A stretch of 64,000 nt of DNA from Selaginella moellendorffii (lineage: Eukaryota; Plantae; Lycopodiophyta), in NCBI RefSeq assembly GCF_000143415.4, contig NW_003314311.1, positions 602,181 to 666,180 of the forward strand, in the 5' to 3' direction. Made by a program: the position numbers and the translations under genes. The notes below the pieces were generated by a model that saw nothing but the letters and a program-made list of their open reading frames with translations, did not search any database and was not told the origin of the DNA. Shown in pieces: positions 35,101 to 48,500 of the stretch (its first letter is position 1; each line of letters starts with the position of its first letter).

Positions 35101-38100
35101 ATTGTAAGCAACCAAAGAGAACGACTTGAGAGACGATCCATGGGGTTTAAATATAGAGGGAAAGGGCCCATGAACAAGAGTGCACCCCCTTTTCCAAATG
35201 GTTAAGGGTCTTGGGATAGTTGGAGTTAAACGTCCTTGGGTTTGAATAGTACTGGGCTGGGTGACCACCCGGGAAGTCCAAATTCAGGAGCTTACAACTA
35301 CTTTCTTCAGACTCACTATGCTATCGCATAGTCACAAATCATTTCCCTTAGGTGTTCTTCTTACTTGGTCACTTTGACCAAGCCACACCATCATCAATAG
35401 TTCAAACCAACACTTTGAACTAGGAATTTTATCCCTTAACCTCACAAGGACCTTGTCCTTATTTTTAGCCATAAGATCACCTAGTGATCACACCTTGGCA
35501 CCTTAACAAGTTTGCCAATAGGTATTAGGTCTTCCAAACCTTTAAGTTGTTCACTATGACCCCGGGGGGATCCCCCACACTTGGTGGTGCACCCAAGCTA
35601 GCCCTTACGGCCAAGGGTCCATAGCAACTGAGATTAGGTGTCCCTATCTCACTCACCATGTCCTTGGTGCCACTCACACCAAGTGTTCAAGTTAGGTATG
35701 CCTAGCCACACTAATCAATCTAACTGTGCATCACGACTCCGAGGCATCCCTCGCTTGGTGGTGTGCCCAAACCAGTCTCTTCACTGAAAGTCCATGACCA
35801 CCAAAAAATGAGTGTCCTCATATTCCAAACCATCACCACGCCCTAGCGATTTGGGACTCGAACCCAAGCACTAGAGGGTCGGGACTCAAACCCAACCTCC
35901 GTATATGCATCTACAAATGGCATCACACAAGATGCCTGGCATGACTCCCCACGCCAGTGCACCAATTTATACTTAAAGTGCGCTATAGATCACAGCTTAG
36001 GAACCTAGTTCCTCCGCACTGCCAAGTCTTCTCGCTTAACAAGTCTGTGATCATGCATGGATTCCTCCATACTCGGCCCCATGGGCCACCCCTTTTGAAG
36101 TTAGCACCTTCAACTAGGGGATTTGTTCCCCTGACTCGCCAATCTCGCTTAGCAAGTTATCCAGCCATCGTAACATGGTTCATGCATAAGCGTGAAAGTC
36201 CTTAACCATCGACTTTTGTTCAAAGCCCTCTCTTTGAACACTCGGGAACTACTTCCCCAACTTTGATAGCCTCACCTCATAGCCAGCTTCAAGATCACGC
36301 TTCTGCTGCGCTACTCTGATTTCGTGCGCTTTAGGAACCATTTACACTTGGCTTTCTAGGTACTTATCTACCTAAAATTGTCTTCGGGAACCTTCAAGGA
36401 ACTTTGTTCCTTAACTTGCTAAGGCTTCTCCTTTGCAAGCTCCCTACTCACCATATGGTCTAACATGGATAATTCCACATTTTAGACTCTACATAGCACT
36501 GCAGTTGCTAGTAACAACATCCTTGAGCACCCTCTTGATTCTCCACTCCCAACTTGCATAACAATTGCTAGTTATGCCTTTCAATTTCTATGGTTCAATT
36601 CCATCCTAATACTACTTGCCTTTTGGCCCCATATGTTTCTTTTGGTTATTCTCCTCCAAACTAGGAGGATAGCTTTGCACATTTTACTATGACTTAGTAA
36701 GTATTCATAGGGATGAACCTACCCGATAGCTTAGGGAGTGGTTCCTCAATCTGGGCATGCTTGCCTTATAATCCCACACACCGGGATTATCGTTGCTACT
36801 TATGAGCCTCTATATGCCTATCACTAGCCTTGCCAAAATCCCATTTTTTGGCTTTGTCCAGATCGGGTAGACGGATTCCTCCCGTCTCCACAACCTTGGA
36901 TGTTTGGATGGCATCTCTTATCTATCATTCACTAGGGACTTAGTCCCTTGGGCTTTAGCTATTGCCCTCGCGGTATTAAACACCACCTCCTGGTGTTCCA
37001 GAGTGTTTGGGTGTCTTAATGATGGTCTCCTTGACAATAAGCATTTCCTTTTTTGACATTGACTCACTATATTACAACATAAGCAATTTATCCCCCGTAA
37101 GGGTATATCTAACTTCCTTATGCCATTAAGAAGTCTTGGGTAGTTACCTTCTACCCGTTTAACCAATTATCTTGCACCTCTTGCTTAGTTGCCCTATAGT
37201 TGTCAAGTCTTACAACTCATTACTTGGTGCTTCCACACCTCCATCATTATCTGGGTCACCACACTCTAACCACATGCCTTCCAGCTTAGGCTATGCTATT
37301 CCCTTGGCAAGGGGTTCCCATGAACCCATCAACATAACCTCAAGGTATCTCACTTTGGCACATTTGGTGTCTCCACACCAACGGTTCCACGAGCCTACCT
37401 CTATGACACTTTTTACTTGTGTCTAGGTCTTTGCCAAGACCAAAGCAGTTGTTTTTCATGCCAACTATCAATTAACATTGCACCATAGTGTTCAAACACA
37501 ACTCTATGCCAAAGTTGCTTTTTTTTTGGGGAATACCTTTCCCACGACTTTAGCATGGCACATTCTGCCATCGATGAGATACCTTCTGTTTTCATACTTG
37601 GATCCTATGATCCCCCCCATCCTTCGTGGGGTACAACACACCTCAGTCCAAATGCTTCTATCAATCCTTTAGAATTATTCCTTGACTCTATTTGAGTCAT
37701 CCAGCTTTTTGGACTTTATCATCTGAAAACTTGTGAGGTCCTACCTTTGAGGTGTCAGCTCACTGGAATACAACTTCTTGTATTCAAGTCCTACTCACAA
37801 GGACCATCTTTACAAGTGTTATTCCAACACTTGATTTGTTCCCTTGGGGCAACCTTTTGCCCCTTAGGACCACTTGTCCATGTGATGAGAATACCAACTC
37901 ATCCTCTGAGCACACCCCCAACTCTTTGGGTTGTTCCAGCATTTATTAGAGGTACCTTCAGCTACCATTTCAAGGACTTGTGTCCTTTTCCATATTTGAC
38001 CTCCCGCAGTCATTACTTTTGATCTCACATTCATGAACACCAACCTCAACTATATGAGGATAATCTTGTGACTCCTTTATTGCTTTGGAGTCTCTATCTT

Positions 38101-38832
38101 TCCCATGATCCCAACTATACGAACGCTTTGGGCTTTCACCCTCTCAGACTCGGACTCGGACTCAGCCTCAGACTCGGACTTGAGCTCAGGCTCGGTCTCG
38201 GTCTCGGTCCCAATCTCGGTCTCGGTCTTAGTCTCGGTCCCGGTCTCAGTCTTGACCTCGGACTCCATCTTGGGTCCATCTTGGACTCCATCTCAGATTC
38301 CATCTCGGACTCCATCTCGGACTCCATCTCGGACTCCGTCTCGGTCCATCTCGGACTCCATCTTGGGTCCATCTCAGACTCCATCTTGGGTCCATCTCGG
38401 ACTCCATCTTGGACTCCATCTCGGACTCCATCTCGGACTCCATCTCAGACTCTGTCTCAGTCCATCTCGGACTCCATCTCGGACTCCATCTCGGGTCCAT
38501 CTCGGACTCCAACTTAGGTCCATCTCGGACTCCAACTTGGGTCCATCTCGGACTTCATCTTGGACTCCATCTCAGACTCCATCTCGGACTCCATCTCGGA
38601 CTCCGTCTCGGTCCATCTCGGACTCCAACTCGGGTCCCTTTTTGGAGCCTTGCTTATTGCTCGCTTCGTACATGTTCCTTGAGCACTTTGTTGGGAGTTC
38701 CACTCCCACTCTCGACCTTTCAAGTTGGAGCTTTCGGTCCAAACGTGTTACACTCGTTTGGCTTTTGCTTTGGCCACTACCACTTGGCACCCTTCTGGCT
38801 CCACTTTGGGGCCTAGGATTTTGTGTTTCACA
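32198..38832 (-). mobile_element. LARD copy C inserted in an LTR of copy B
   Basis: 3' LTR 32198-33679, then PPT complement ACTCCACCACCC. A deletion near 38120 removes the PBS and part of the 5' LTR. TSD CTCCA/CTCTA. Confidence 0.8.
34595..35296 (+). mobile_element. Complete Cassandra TRIM with 5S rRNA-derived LTRs
   Basis: 194-bp LTRs at 34595-34788 and 35103-35296, TSD ACTAC, PBS TGGTATCAGAG. 5S internal-control-like segment AGTTAAGCGTCCTTGGG...AGTACTGGGCTGGGTGACCACCCGGGAAGTCC. Extra partial LTR at 34994-35068. Confidence 0.9.
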
Positions 38833-39526
38833 CTCTAACCATTTGGAGGAGTCTCACTCACAACCTCCATAAGTCTTATTTTGGATTTGGGGCTTGCTAA
38901 CTTTGAAAATGGCATCCCTACCACTCAACCTTTGCACTTGGTCCAGGTGCTCCATGTGTCTGATCCCATGACTAACACCCAAAGGTACCATTGATATATC
39001 AACCTGTTACACTAAAGCCATGCCTCTTCACCTTTTTCACACTAATGATCTAACACCACCTACATCACACACAAAGATTGGGCCATTTGTTCATGAATGG
39101 TTATCCCAAATCCACTCTTTAGCATCCTTAAGATGCCTACAGACATGGGGAATAGCCTTCCTCAATGTCCCTTTTTTCAGTCCCCACCAAGTCTCTTCCT
39201 GTCCATGGCTGTGTTTGCCAACACTGCCACTAAATCAAGGCCCACAAGCCTAACCACTAAATCCCCTTATTCTCGGGGACTTCCTCACCATGTGATTGCA
39301 TCCTTGGTCATTACATTAGAGGATTACTCCTCTTCCTTTCCACCATCTAGAATATTTCAGAACACTATGGCCCTATGCAGGCCTCATGGATACTCTCCCC
39401 ACCTTCTGTCTTTAGGTGCTCTAACCATGGGATTAGAGCTAAGTTTTGTTGAGCCATGCCAAATATCCAAGTAGGTAGTGCTACCCTTGCTTGGACTAGG
39501 AGCATAAACCACTCAATCTCTTGGAG

Positions 39527-42500
39527 TGTGAGACACAAATCCCTAAGCCCCAAAGTGGAGCCGAAAGGGTGCCATGTGGTAGTGGCCGAAGCGAAAGCCA
39601 AACGAGCGTAATACATTTGGATTAAAAGCTCCAACTTGAAGAGTTGAGAGCGGGAGTGAAACTCCTGTCGGATTGCTCAAGGAACAAACATGAAGCAAGC
39701 AATAAGAGAGTCTCTAGAAAAGGGACACAAGAGGACCATCACATGACACGTGGTGGAGTCCGAGATGGACCGAGATGAAGTTTGAGATGGACCTGAGATG
39801 GAGTCTAAGATGGACCCAAGATGGAGTCTGAGATGGACCCGAGATGGAGTTTGAGATGGACCCGAGATGGAGTCTGAGATGGACTCGAGATGGAGTCTGA
39901 GATGGACCCGAGATGGAGTCCGAGATGGACCGAGATGGAGTCCGAGATGGACCCGAGATGGAGTCCGAGATGGACCCGAGATGGAGTCCAAGATGGAGTC
40001 TGAGATGGACCCGAGATGGAGTCCAAGATGGACCGAGATGGAGTTTGAGATGGAGTCTGAGATAGACCTGAGATGGAGTTTGAGATGGAGTTTGAGATGG
40101 ACTTGAGATGGAGTTTGAGATGGACCCGAGATGGAGTCCGAGATGGACCGAGATGAAGTCCGAGAAGGACCCGAGATGGAGTCTGAGATGGACCGAGACG
40201 AAGTCCGAGAAGGACCCGAGTGTAAGTGACTAATTTTTCCATTCTACTTTAGTCACTTAACCACACCTCTGACCACTTGGAGGAGTCTCATTCACAACCT
40301 CCATAAGCCCAACTCAGGACTTCGGGCTTGCTAGCCCCGAGAATGGCATCCATGCCACTCAACCGTAGCACTTGGTCCAAGTGCTCCACGTGTCCAATCC
40401 CATGATCGACACCCCAAGGTACCACCGACATATCGGCCCGTTACGCTAAGGCCATGCCCATTTACCTTGGTCACACTGGTGGTCCAACACCACATACATT
40501 CCAATCCTGTCTCTCAAAGACTAGGTCATCCATCCATGAGTGATCATCCCAGATCCACTCCTTAACATCCTTAGGATGCCTACAGACATGGGGAATAGCC
40601 TTCCCCAGTATCTCTGTTCCGGTCCCCACCAAGTCCCTTTCTGTCCTTGGCTATGTTCGCCAACACTTCCACTGGATCGAGGCCCACCGGCCCGACCACT
40701 AAGTCCCACTATCCTCTAGGACTTCCTCACTGTGTGACTGTGTCCTTGGTCACCACACCGGAGGGCTACCCCTCTTCCTTTCCACAGTCTGGGACTTTGG
40801 GACACCATTTCGGAACACCGTGGCCTTACGCAAGCCTCATGCGGACTCTCCCCGCCTTTCATCTTTAGGTGCTCTAGCCATGGGCTTAGAGCGAGGTTCC
40901 GTTGAGCCACACCAGGTATCCAAGTAGGTAGTGCCACCCACACTTGGACTGGGAGCATCGGCCAGTCGATCTCCCGGGGGAACTAGAGCCGGCTCTTGAA
41001 CACTTCACCAAGCTACGCCGCTTGTCGGTCCGTGTTCACTCTAGTCTTGGACTTCCTAGTGGGCAGCTCATCACCCAACACTGGGTCCGGCCTTCCTGGG
41101 CCAAACTGGCCTTTCCTGGCCAAATTGGCTCCACTGTAGTCCTCCCCCTACTATACTTTTGGAGCTCACCAAACCCCCCAGGGTCTGGGAGACGAACGCT
41201 TTGGGCTTTCACCCTCTCAGACTCGAACTCGGATTCGGACTCGGACTCGAACTCGGACTCGGACTCGGACTCGGGCTTGGTCTCGGCCTCGGCCCCGGTC
41301 TCGGTCTCGGTCCCGATCTCGGTCTCGGTCTCAGTTCCGGTCTCGGTCTCGATCTCGGTCTCGACCTCGGAATCCATCTCGGGTCCATCTCGGACTCCAT
41401 CTCGGACTCCATCTCATGTCCATCTTGGACTCCATCTCGGACTCCATCTCGGGTCCATCTCGGACTCCATCTCGGGTCCATCTCGGACTCCACCTCGGAC
41501 TCCATCTCGGACTCCATTTCGGGTCCATCTCGGGTCCATCTCGGACTCCACCTCGGACTCCATCTCGGGTCCATCTCGGACTCCACCTCGGGTCCCACCT
41601 CGGACTCCATCTCGGACTCCATCTCGGGTCCATCTCGGACTCCACCTCGGACTCCATCTCGGACTCCATTTCGGGTCCATCTCGGGTCCATCTCGGACTC
41701 CACCTCGGACTCCATCTCGGGTCCATCTCGGACTCCACCTCGGGTCCCACCTCGGACTCCATCTCGGACTCCATCTCGGGTCCACCTCGGACTCCATCTC
41801 GGACTCCATCTCGGGTCCATCTCGGACTCCACTTCGGATCCATCTCGGACTCCACTTCGGATCCATCTCGGACTCCACTTCAGACCCAAACTTGGGTCCA
41901 TCTCGGACACTTCCACGTGTCATGTGTTGGTCTTTTTTGGGTCCCTTTTTGGAGCCTTGCTTATTGCTCGCTTCGTGCTTGTTCCTCGAGCACTATAGTT
42001 GGGAGTTCCACTCCCACTCTCAACCTTTCGAGTCAGAGCTTTTAGTCCAAACGTGTTACGCTCGTTTGGTTTTCGCTTCGGCCACCACCACATGGCACCC
42101 TTCCGGCTCCACTTTGGGGCCTAGGTATTTTGTGTCTCACAACTCCACCACCCATAGACGAAGTTCGATGTCCTCATCGAACGGTAAACCCTTTCATAAA
42201 GTAACACCCACACGTGTTACCATTTCCATCCTTGGCACCTAGCCAATCTTTGTCTATGGTTTGACACCAAAGGCTCACCATGCCTTGTCCATCCTCTAAG
42301 GAGCATAGTCTCTCCAACTTAGAGACTGATTGGACCACATGTAATGGTTCTCTCCTTTTATTGGTTTAGTTCTCGCTAAACCTCTTAGAGGCCCTTCTCT
42401 AAGTCAATCCCACTACTCCTTCTCGAGTAGTCTCAATTTCCCTCGACATAATCCATGCACCTTGGAACTTTTAATTCTGACTTCTCGAAGTCAATTTCCT

Positions 42501-45500
42501 AGGTGTCTCCGACACCTTGCATTGCACATATTGTGCAACTCCACTTCCTCATCCTAGGAAGTTCTCCACTTGAGGGCACCATCATCCTCTGTTCGATTTC
42601 ATGCCACCTTTGGGCACTGAGTTCCAATTATCATATTTTGGTGCTAGGGCTGTCCACGGCCCTATCTTTTGGCTACTTTGCCGTTCCCTCACTTGGAGCT
42701 TTTACTTCGCCAAATTGGAGCACTTAGGAATCCATCCTTGGAAGTCCACTTCCTTTCCCACAAACCGTTAGCATCAAACACATTAGTGTTCCTTGGCTAA
42801 CTTTGTCATTTGGATCCCTTCCATTAAATTCCATGGCCCAAACTTGGCCACTAGTCCCTTGCTCCTACCCTTGATTGTTGCACCCAGCAACATAGGATCG
42901 CTACCTCCATTTTTGAGGTATCCTTTCGGTTCCATAGCAAAGACTCTTCTTTGCCAAGTCCGGAGGATGTTCACCCCTAGCACGTCTCTTTAGCATCTTC
43001 TGCTATGGGCTTTATCCACGGTCCAACTTCGTGACCCTCCCATAGGTCTGTTATAGAGACTACTTTCTTCGGACTCACTATGCCATCGCACGGACATAGT
43101 TTATTTCTGTTAGGTGCTCTTCCCACTTGGTCATCATGACCAAGCCACACCACCTTAAACAGTTCAATTTCAACATTTTGAACCAGGAACTTCATTCCTT
43201 AGCCAACCAAGGACCTTGTCCTTATTTGGCCATAAAATCACCTAGTGATCTCACCTTGGCACTTTAACAGAGTTGCCAAGAGGTACTTGGTCTTCTAGAC
43301 CTTCAAGTTGTTGACTATAACCCCGGGGGCATCCCCCACACTTGGTGGTGCACCCAAGCCAGCCCTTACGGCCAAGGGTTCATAGCAACCGAGATTAGGT
43401 GTCCCCATCTCACTCACCACGTCCTTGGTGCCACTTGCACCAAAGCGTTCAAGTTAGATATGCCGAGCTTTCACACTAAGCAATCTAACCGTGCATCACG
43501 ACTCCGAGGCATCCCTCACTTGGCGGTGTGCCCAAACCAGTCTCCACACTGAGAGTCCATGACCACCGAAATATGAGTGTCCTCATATTCCAAACCATCA
43601 CCACGCCCTAGTGATTTGGGACTCAAACCCAAGCACTAGAGGGTCGGGACTCGAACCCAACCTCCGTATATGCATCTACGGACGGCATCACACAAGATGC
43701 CTGGCGTGACTTCGCATGCCGGTGCACCAACTTATACTTAAAGCGCGCTACAGATCACAGCTTAGGAACCTAGTTCCTCCGCACTGCCAAGTCCTCTCAC
43801 TTGACATATCTGTGATCATGCATAGACTCCTCCATGCTTGGCCCCATGGCCCACCCTTTTGAAGTTATCACCTTCAACTAGGGTATTTGTTCCCCCGACG
43901 TGCCAATCTCGCTTGGCAAGTCCTCCGACCACTGTAACATGGTTCATGCACAAGTGTGAAAGCCCTTGATCCTCGACTTTTGTTCAAAACTTTCTCTTTG
44001 AACACTCGGGAACTACTTCCCTAACCTTGATAGCCTTGCCTCATGGCAAGCTTCAAGACCACGCTTCTGCTGCGCCACTCTGATTTCGCGCGTTCCTCGA
44101 ACCATTTACGTTTAGCCTTTCTAGGTACTAAGCTACCAGAATCCTCTTTGGGAACCTTGAAGGAACTCTGTCCCTTAGCTTGCTAAGGCCCCCCTTTTTG
44201 CAAGCTTTCCAATCACCATATAGCCTAACATGGACAATTCCATATTTTAGACTCTCCATGGCATCACGGTTGCTAGCGGCAACACCCTCGAGCCCCCACT
44301 TGATTCTTCACTCCCGGCTGGCATAACCAACCTTGGTTATGCCCTTCGATTCCTATGGTTTGGTTCTATCCCTTTACTTCTTGCTTTTGGCTTCACACCT
44401 TTCCTTCGGTCATTCTCCTCCAGACCAAGAGGATAACTTTGCACTTTCTATCATGCCTTAGCAAGTATTCTTAGGGATGAACCTACCCGATAGCCTAGGG
44501 AGTGGTTCTTCAATCCAGGTATGCTCACCCTATAATCCCACACACCGGGATTACGTTGTTGCTTACGGGACTTTGCATGCCCATCGCTAGCCTTGCCAAA
44601 ATTCCATTTTTGGCTTTGTCCAATTCGAGTAGACAATCTTCTCCTGTCTCTGCCACCTTGGACATTTGGATAGCACCTACTATCCATCATTCGCTAGGGA
44701 CTTAGTCCCTTGGGCCTTATCTACTGCCCTCGCGACCTCAAACACCACTTCCTGGTGTTCTAGAGTGTTCGGGTGTTCCAATGACGGCTTCCTTGACAAT
44801 GAGTATTTCCTTTTATGACATTAACTTACTATATCGCAACATAAGCAACTTATCCCCCGTAAGGGTATATCCAACTTCCCTATGCTATTAAGAAGTCTTG
44901 GGTAGCTACCTTCTACCAGTTTAACCAGTTATTTTGCACCTCTTGCTTAATTGCCTCATAGTTGTCAAATCCTACAACTCATTGCTTGGTGCTTTCACAC
45001 CTCCATCATTATCTAGGTCACCACACTCCAACTGCATGCTCTGCAGCTTAGGCTATGCCATTCCCATTTCCATTGGGATTCCTTTGGCAAGGGGTTCTCA
45101 TGAACCCACCAACATAGCCTCAAGGTATCACACCTTGGCACATTTGGTGTCTCCACACCATCGGCTCCACGAGCCTACCTCTATGACACTTTCCCTTCGT
45201 GTCTAAGTCTTTGCCAAGACTAACACCGCTCTTTCTCATGCCAACCATCCGTTAGCACTGCACCATAGAGGTCACACACAACTTTGTGTTAAAATTGTTT
45301 TCTTCTGGGAACACCTTTCCCATAACTTTAGCATGGCACATTTTACCATCGATGAGATACCCTTTGTTCTCATCCTTGGATCCTATGATCCCCCCCCATC
45401 CTTTGTGGGGTACAACACACCTCAGTCCAAATGCTTCCATCAGTCCTTTTAGGACCATCCCTTGACTCTACTTCAGTCATCTAGCAGTTTTGGACTTGGT

Positions 45501-48500
45501 TAATCCACAGACCCGTAAGGTCCTACTTGTGAGGCACTAGCTCACTGGAATACACTTCTTGCATTCCTGTCCTACTCAAAAGGACTATTTTCACAAGTGT
45601 TACTCTGACACTTGATTTTGTTCTCTGGGGGCAACCTTTGCCCCTTAGGACTACTTGTCCATGTGATGAGAATACCACTCATCTCTAAGTACACCCCCCA
45701 ACTCCTTGGGTTGTTCCAGCATTTATTAAAGGTAGCCCCGGCTACCATTTCAAGGACTTGAGTCCTCTTCCGTATTTGACCTCCCACGGTCATTACTTCT
45801 GGTCTCACATTCATGAGCACCAACCTCAACTATATGAGGATAATCTTGTGACTCCTTTATTGTTTTGGAGTCTCTATCTTTCCCGTGATCCCAACTATAG
45901 TTGTTTACCACAACTACGTTAGCCAATTTTCTGAGACAAATGCTCATCCGGATCACATCCTCAACTCAATGAGGAAAACCTTGCACTGTTCCCAAGATCC
46001 CAAAGTCGTTCCATTATTGGCCCTTTTCTATCCACCACCTCGTCTACAAGTTCACACATGAACTGTAATGGAGAGCCATGTCTTCCTGACTTGCTACTCC
46101 TCAAGGATAAGCCCACTCCTCGGACCTTCCAAAGCCAACACTAGTGGTGATATACTTGAGCACCAATAAAAGTCGGACTAAGGAACAGCTCCAATACCAA
46201 ATTGTAAGCGACTAATTTTTCCATTCTACTTTAGTCACTTAACCACACCTCCGACCACTTGGAAGAGTCTCATTCACAACCTCCATAAGCCCAACTCAGG
46301 ACTTGGGGCTTGCTAGCCCCGAGAATGGCATCCATGCCACTCAACCTTAGCACTTGGTCCAAGTGCTCCACGTGTCCGATCCCATGATCGACACCCCAAG
46401 GTACCACCGACATATCGGCCCGTTACGCTAAGGCCATGCCCATTTACCTTGGACACACTGGTGGTCCAACACCACCTACATTCCAATCCCGTCTCTCAAA
46501 GACTGGGTCATCCATCCATGAGTGATCATCCCAGATCCACTCCTTAGCATCCTTAGGATGCCCACCGACAAGGGGAATAGCCTTCCCCAATATCCCTTTA
46601 TTGTTTTGGAGTCTCTATCTTTCCCGTGATCCCAACTATAGTTGTTTACCACAACTACGTTAGCCAATTTTCTGAGACAAATGCTCATCCGGATCACATC
46701 CTCAACTCAATGAGGAAAACCTTGCACTGTTCCCAAGATCCCAAAGTCGTTCCATTATTGGCCCTTTTCTATCCACCACCTCGTCTACAAGTTCACACAT
46801 GAACTGTAATGGAGAGCCATGTCTTCCTGACTTGCTACTCCTCAAGGATAAGCCCACTCCTCGGACCTTCCAAAGCCAACACTAGTGGTGATATACTTGA
46901 GCACCAATAAAAGTCGGACTAAGGAACAGCTCCAATACCAAATTGTAAGCGACTAATTTTTCCATTCTACTTTAGTCACTTAACCACACCTCCGACCACT
47001 TGGAAGAGTCTCATTCACAACCTCCATAAGCCCAACTCAGGACTTGGGGCTTGCTAGCCCCGAGAATGGCATCCATGCCACTCAACCTTAGCACTTGGTC
47101 CAAGTGCTCCACGTGTCCGATCCCATGATCGACACCCCAAGGTACCACCGACATATCGGCCCGTTACGCTAAGGCCATGCCCATTTACCTTGGACACACT
47201 GGTGGTCCAACACCACCTACATTCCAATCCCGTCTCTCAAAGACTGGGTCATCCATCCATGAGTGATCATCCCAGATCCACTCCTTAACATCCTTAGGAT
47301 GCCTACAGACATGGGGAATAGCCTTCCCCAGTATCTCTGTTCCGGTCCCCACCAAGTCCCTTTCTGTCCTTGGCTATGTTCGCCAACACTTCCACTGGAT
47401 CGAGGCCCACCGGCCCGACCACTAAGTCCCACTATCCTCTAGGACTTCCTCACTGTGTGACTGTGTCCTTAGTCACCACACCGGAGGGCTACCCCTCTTC
47501 CTTTCCACAGTCTGGGACTTTGGGACACCATTTCGGAACACCGTGGCCTTACGCAAGCCTCATGGGTACTCTCCCCGCCTTTCATCTTTAGGTGCTCTAG
47601 CCATGGGCTTAGAGCGAGGTTCCGTTGAGCCACACCAGGTATCCAAGTAGGTAGTGCCACCCACACTTGGACTGGGAGCATCGGCCAGTCGATCTCCCGG
47701 GGGAACTAGAGCCGGCTCTTGAACACTTCACCAAGCTACCCCGCTTGTCGGTCCGTGTTCACTCTAGTCTTGGACTTCCCAGTGGGCAGCTCATCACCCA
47801 ACACTGGGTCCGGCCTTCCTGGGCCAAACTGGCCTTTCCTGGCCAAACTGGCTCCACTGTAGTCCTCCCCCTACTATACTTTTGGAGCTCACCAAACCCC
47901 CCAGGGTCTGGGAGACGAACGCTTTGGGCTTTCACCCTCTCAGACTCGAACTCGGACTCGGACTCGGACTCAGACTCGGACTCGGACTCGGACTCGGACT
48001 CGGACTCGGGCTTGGTCTCGGCCTCGGCCCCGGTCTCGGTCTCGGTCCCGATCTCGGTCTCGATCTCGGTTCCGGTCTCGGTCTCGATCTCGGTCTCGAC
48101 CTCGGAATCCATCTCGGGTCCATCTCGGACTCCATCTCGGACTCCATCTCGTGTCCATCTCGGACTCCATCTTGGGTCCATCTCGGACTCCATCTCGTGT
48201 CCATCTCGGACTCCATCTCGGGTCCATCTCGGACTCCATTTCGGGTCCATCTCGGGTCCATCTCGGACTCCACCTCGGACTCCATCTCGGACTCCATTTC
48301 GGGTCCATCTCGGGTCCATCTCGGACTCCACCTCGGACTCCATCTTGGGTCCATCTCGGACTCCACCTTGGGTCCCACCTCAGACTCCATCTCGGACTCC
48401 ATCTCGGGTCCACCTCGGACTCCATCTCGGACTCCATCTCGGACTCCATCTCGGGTCCATCTCGGACTCCATCTCGGACTCCACTTCGGATCCATCTCAG

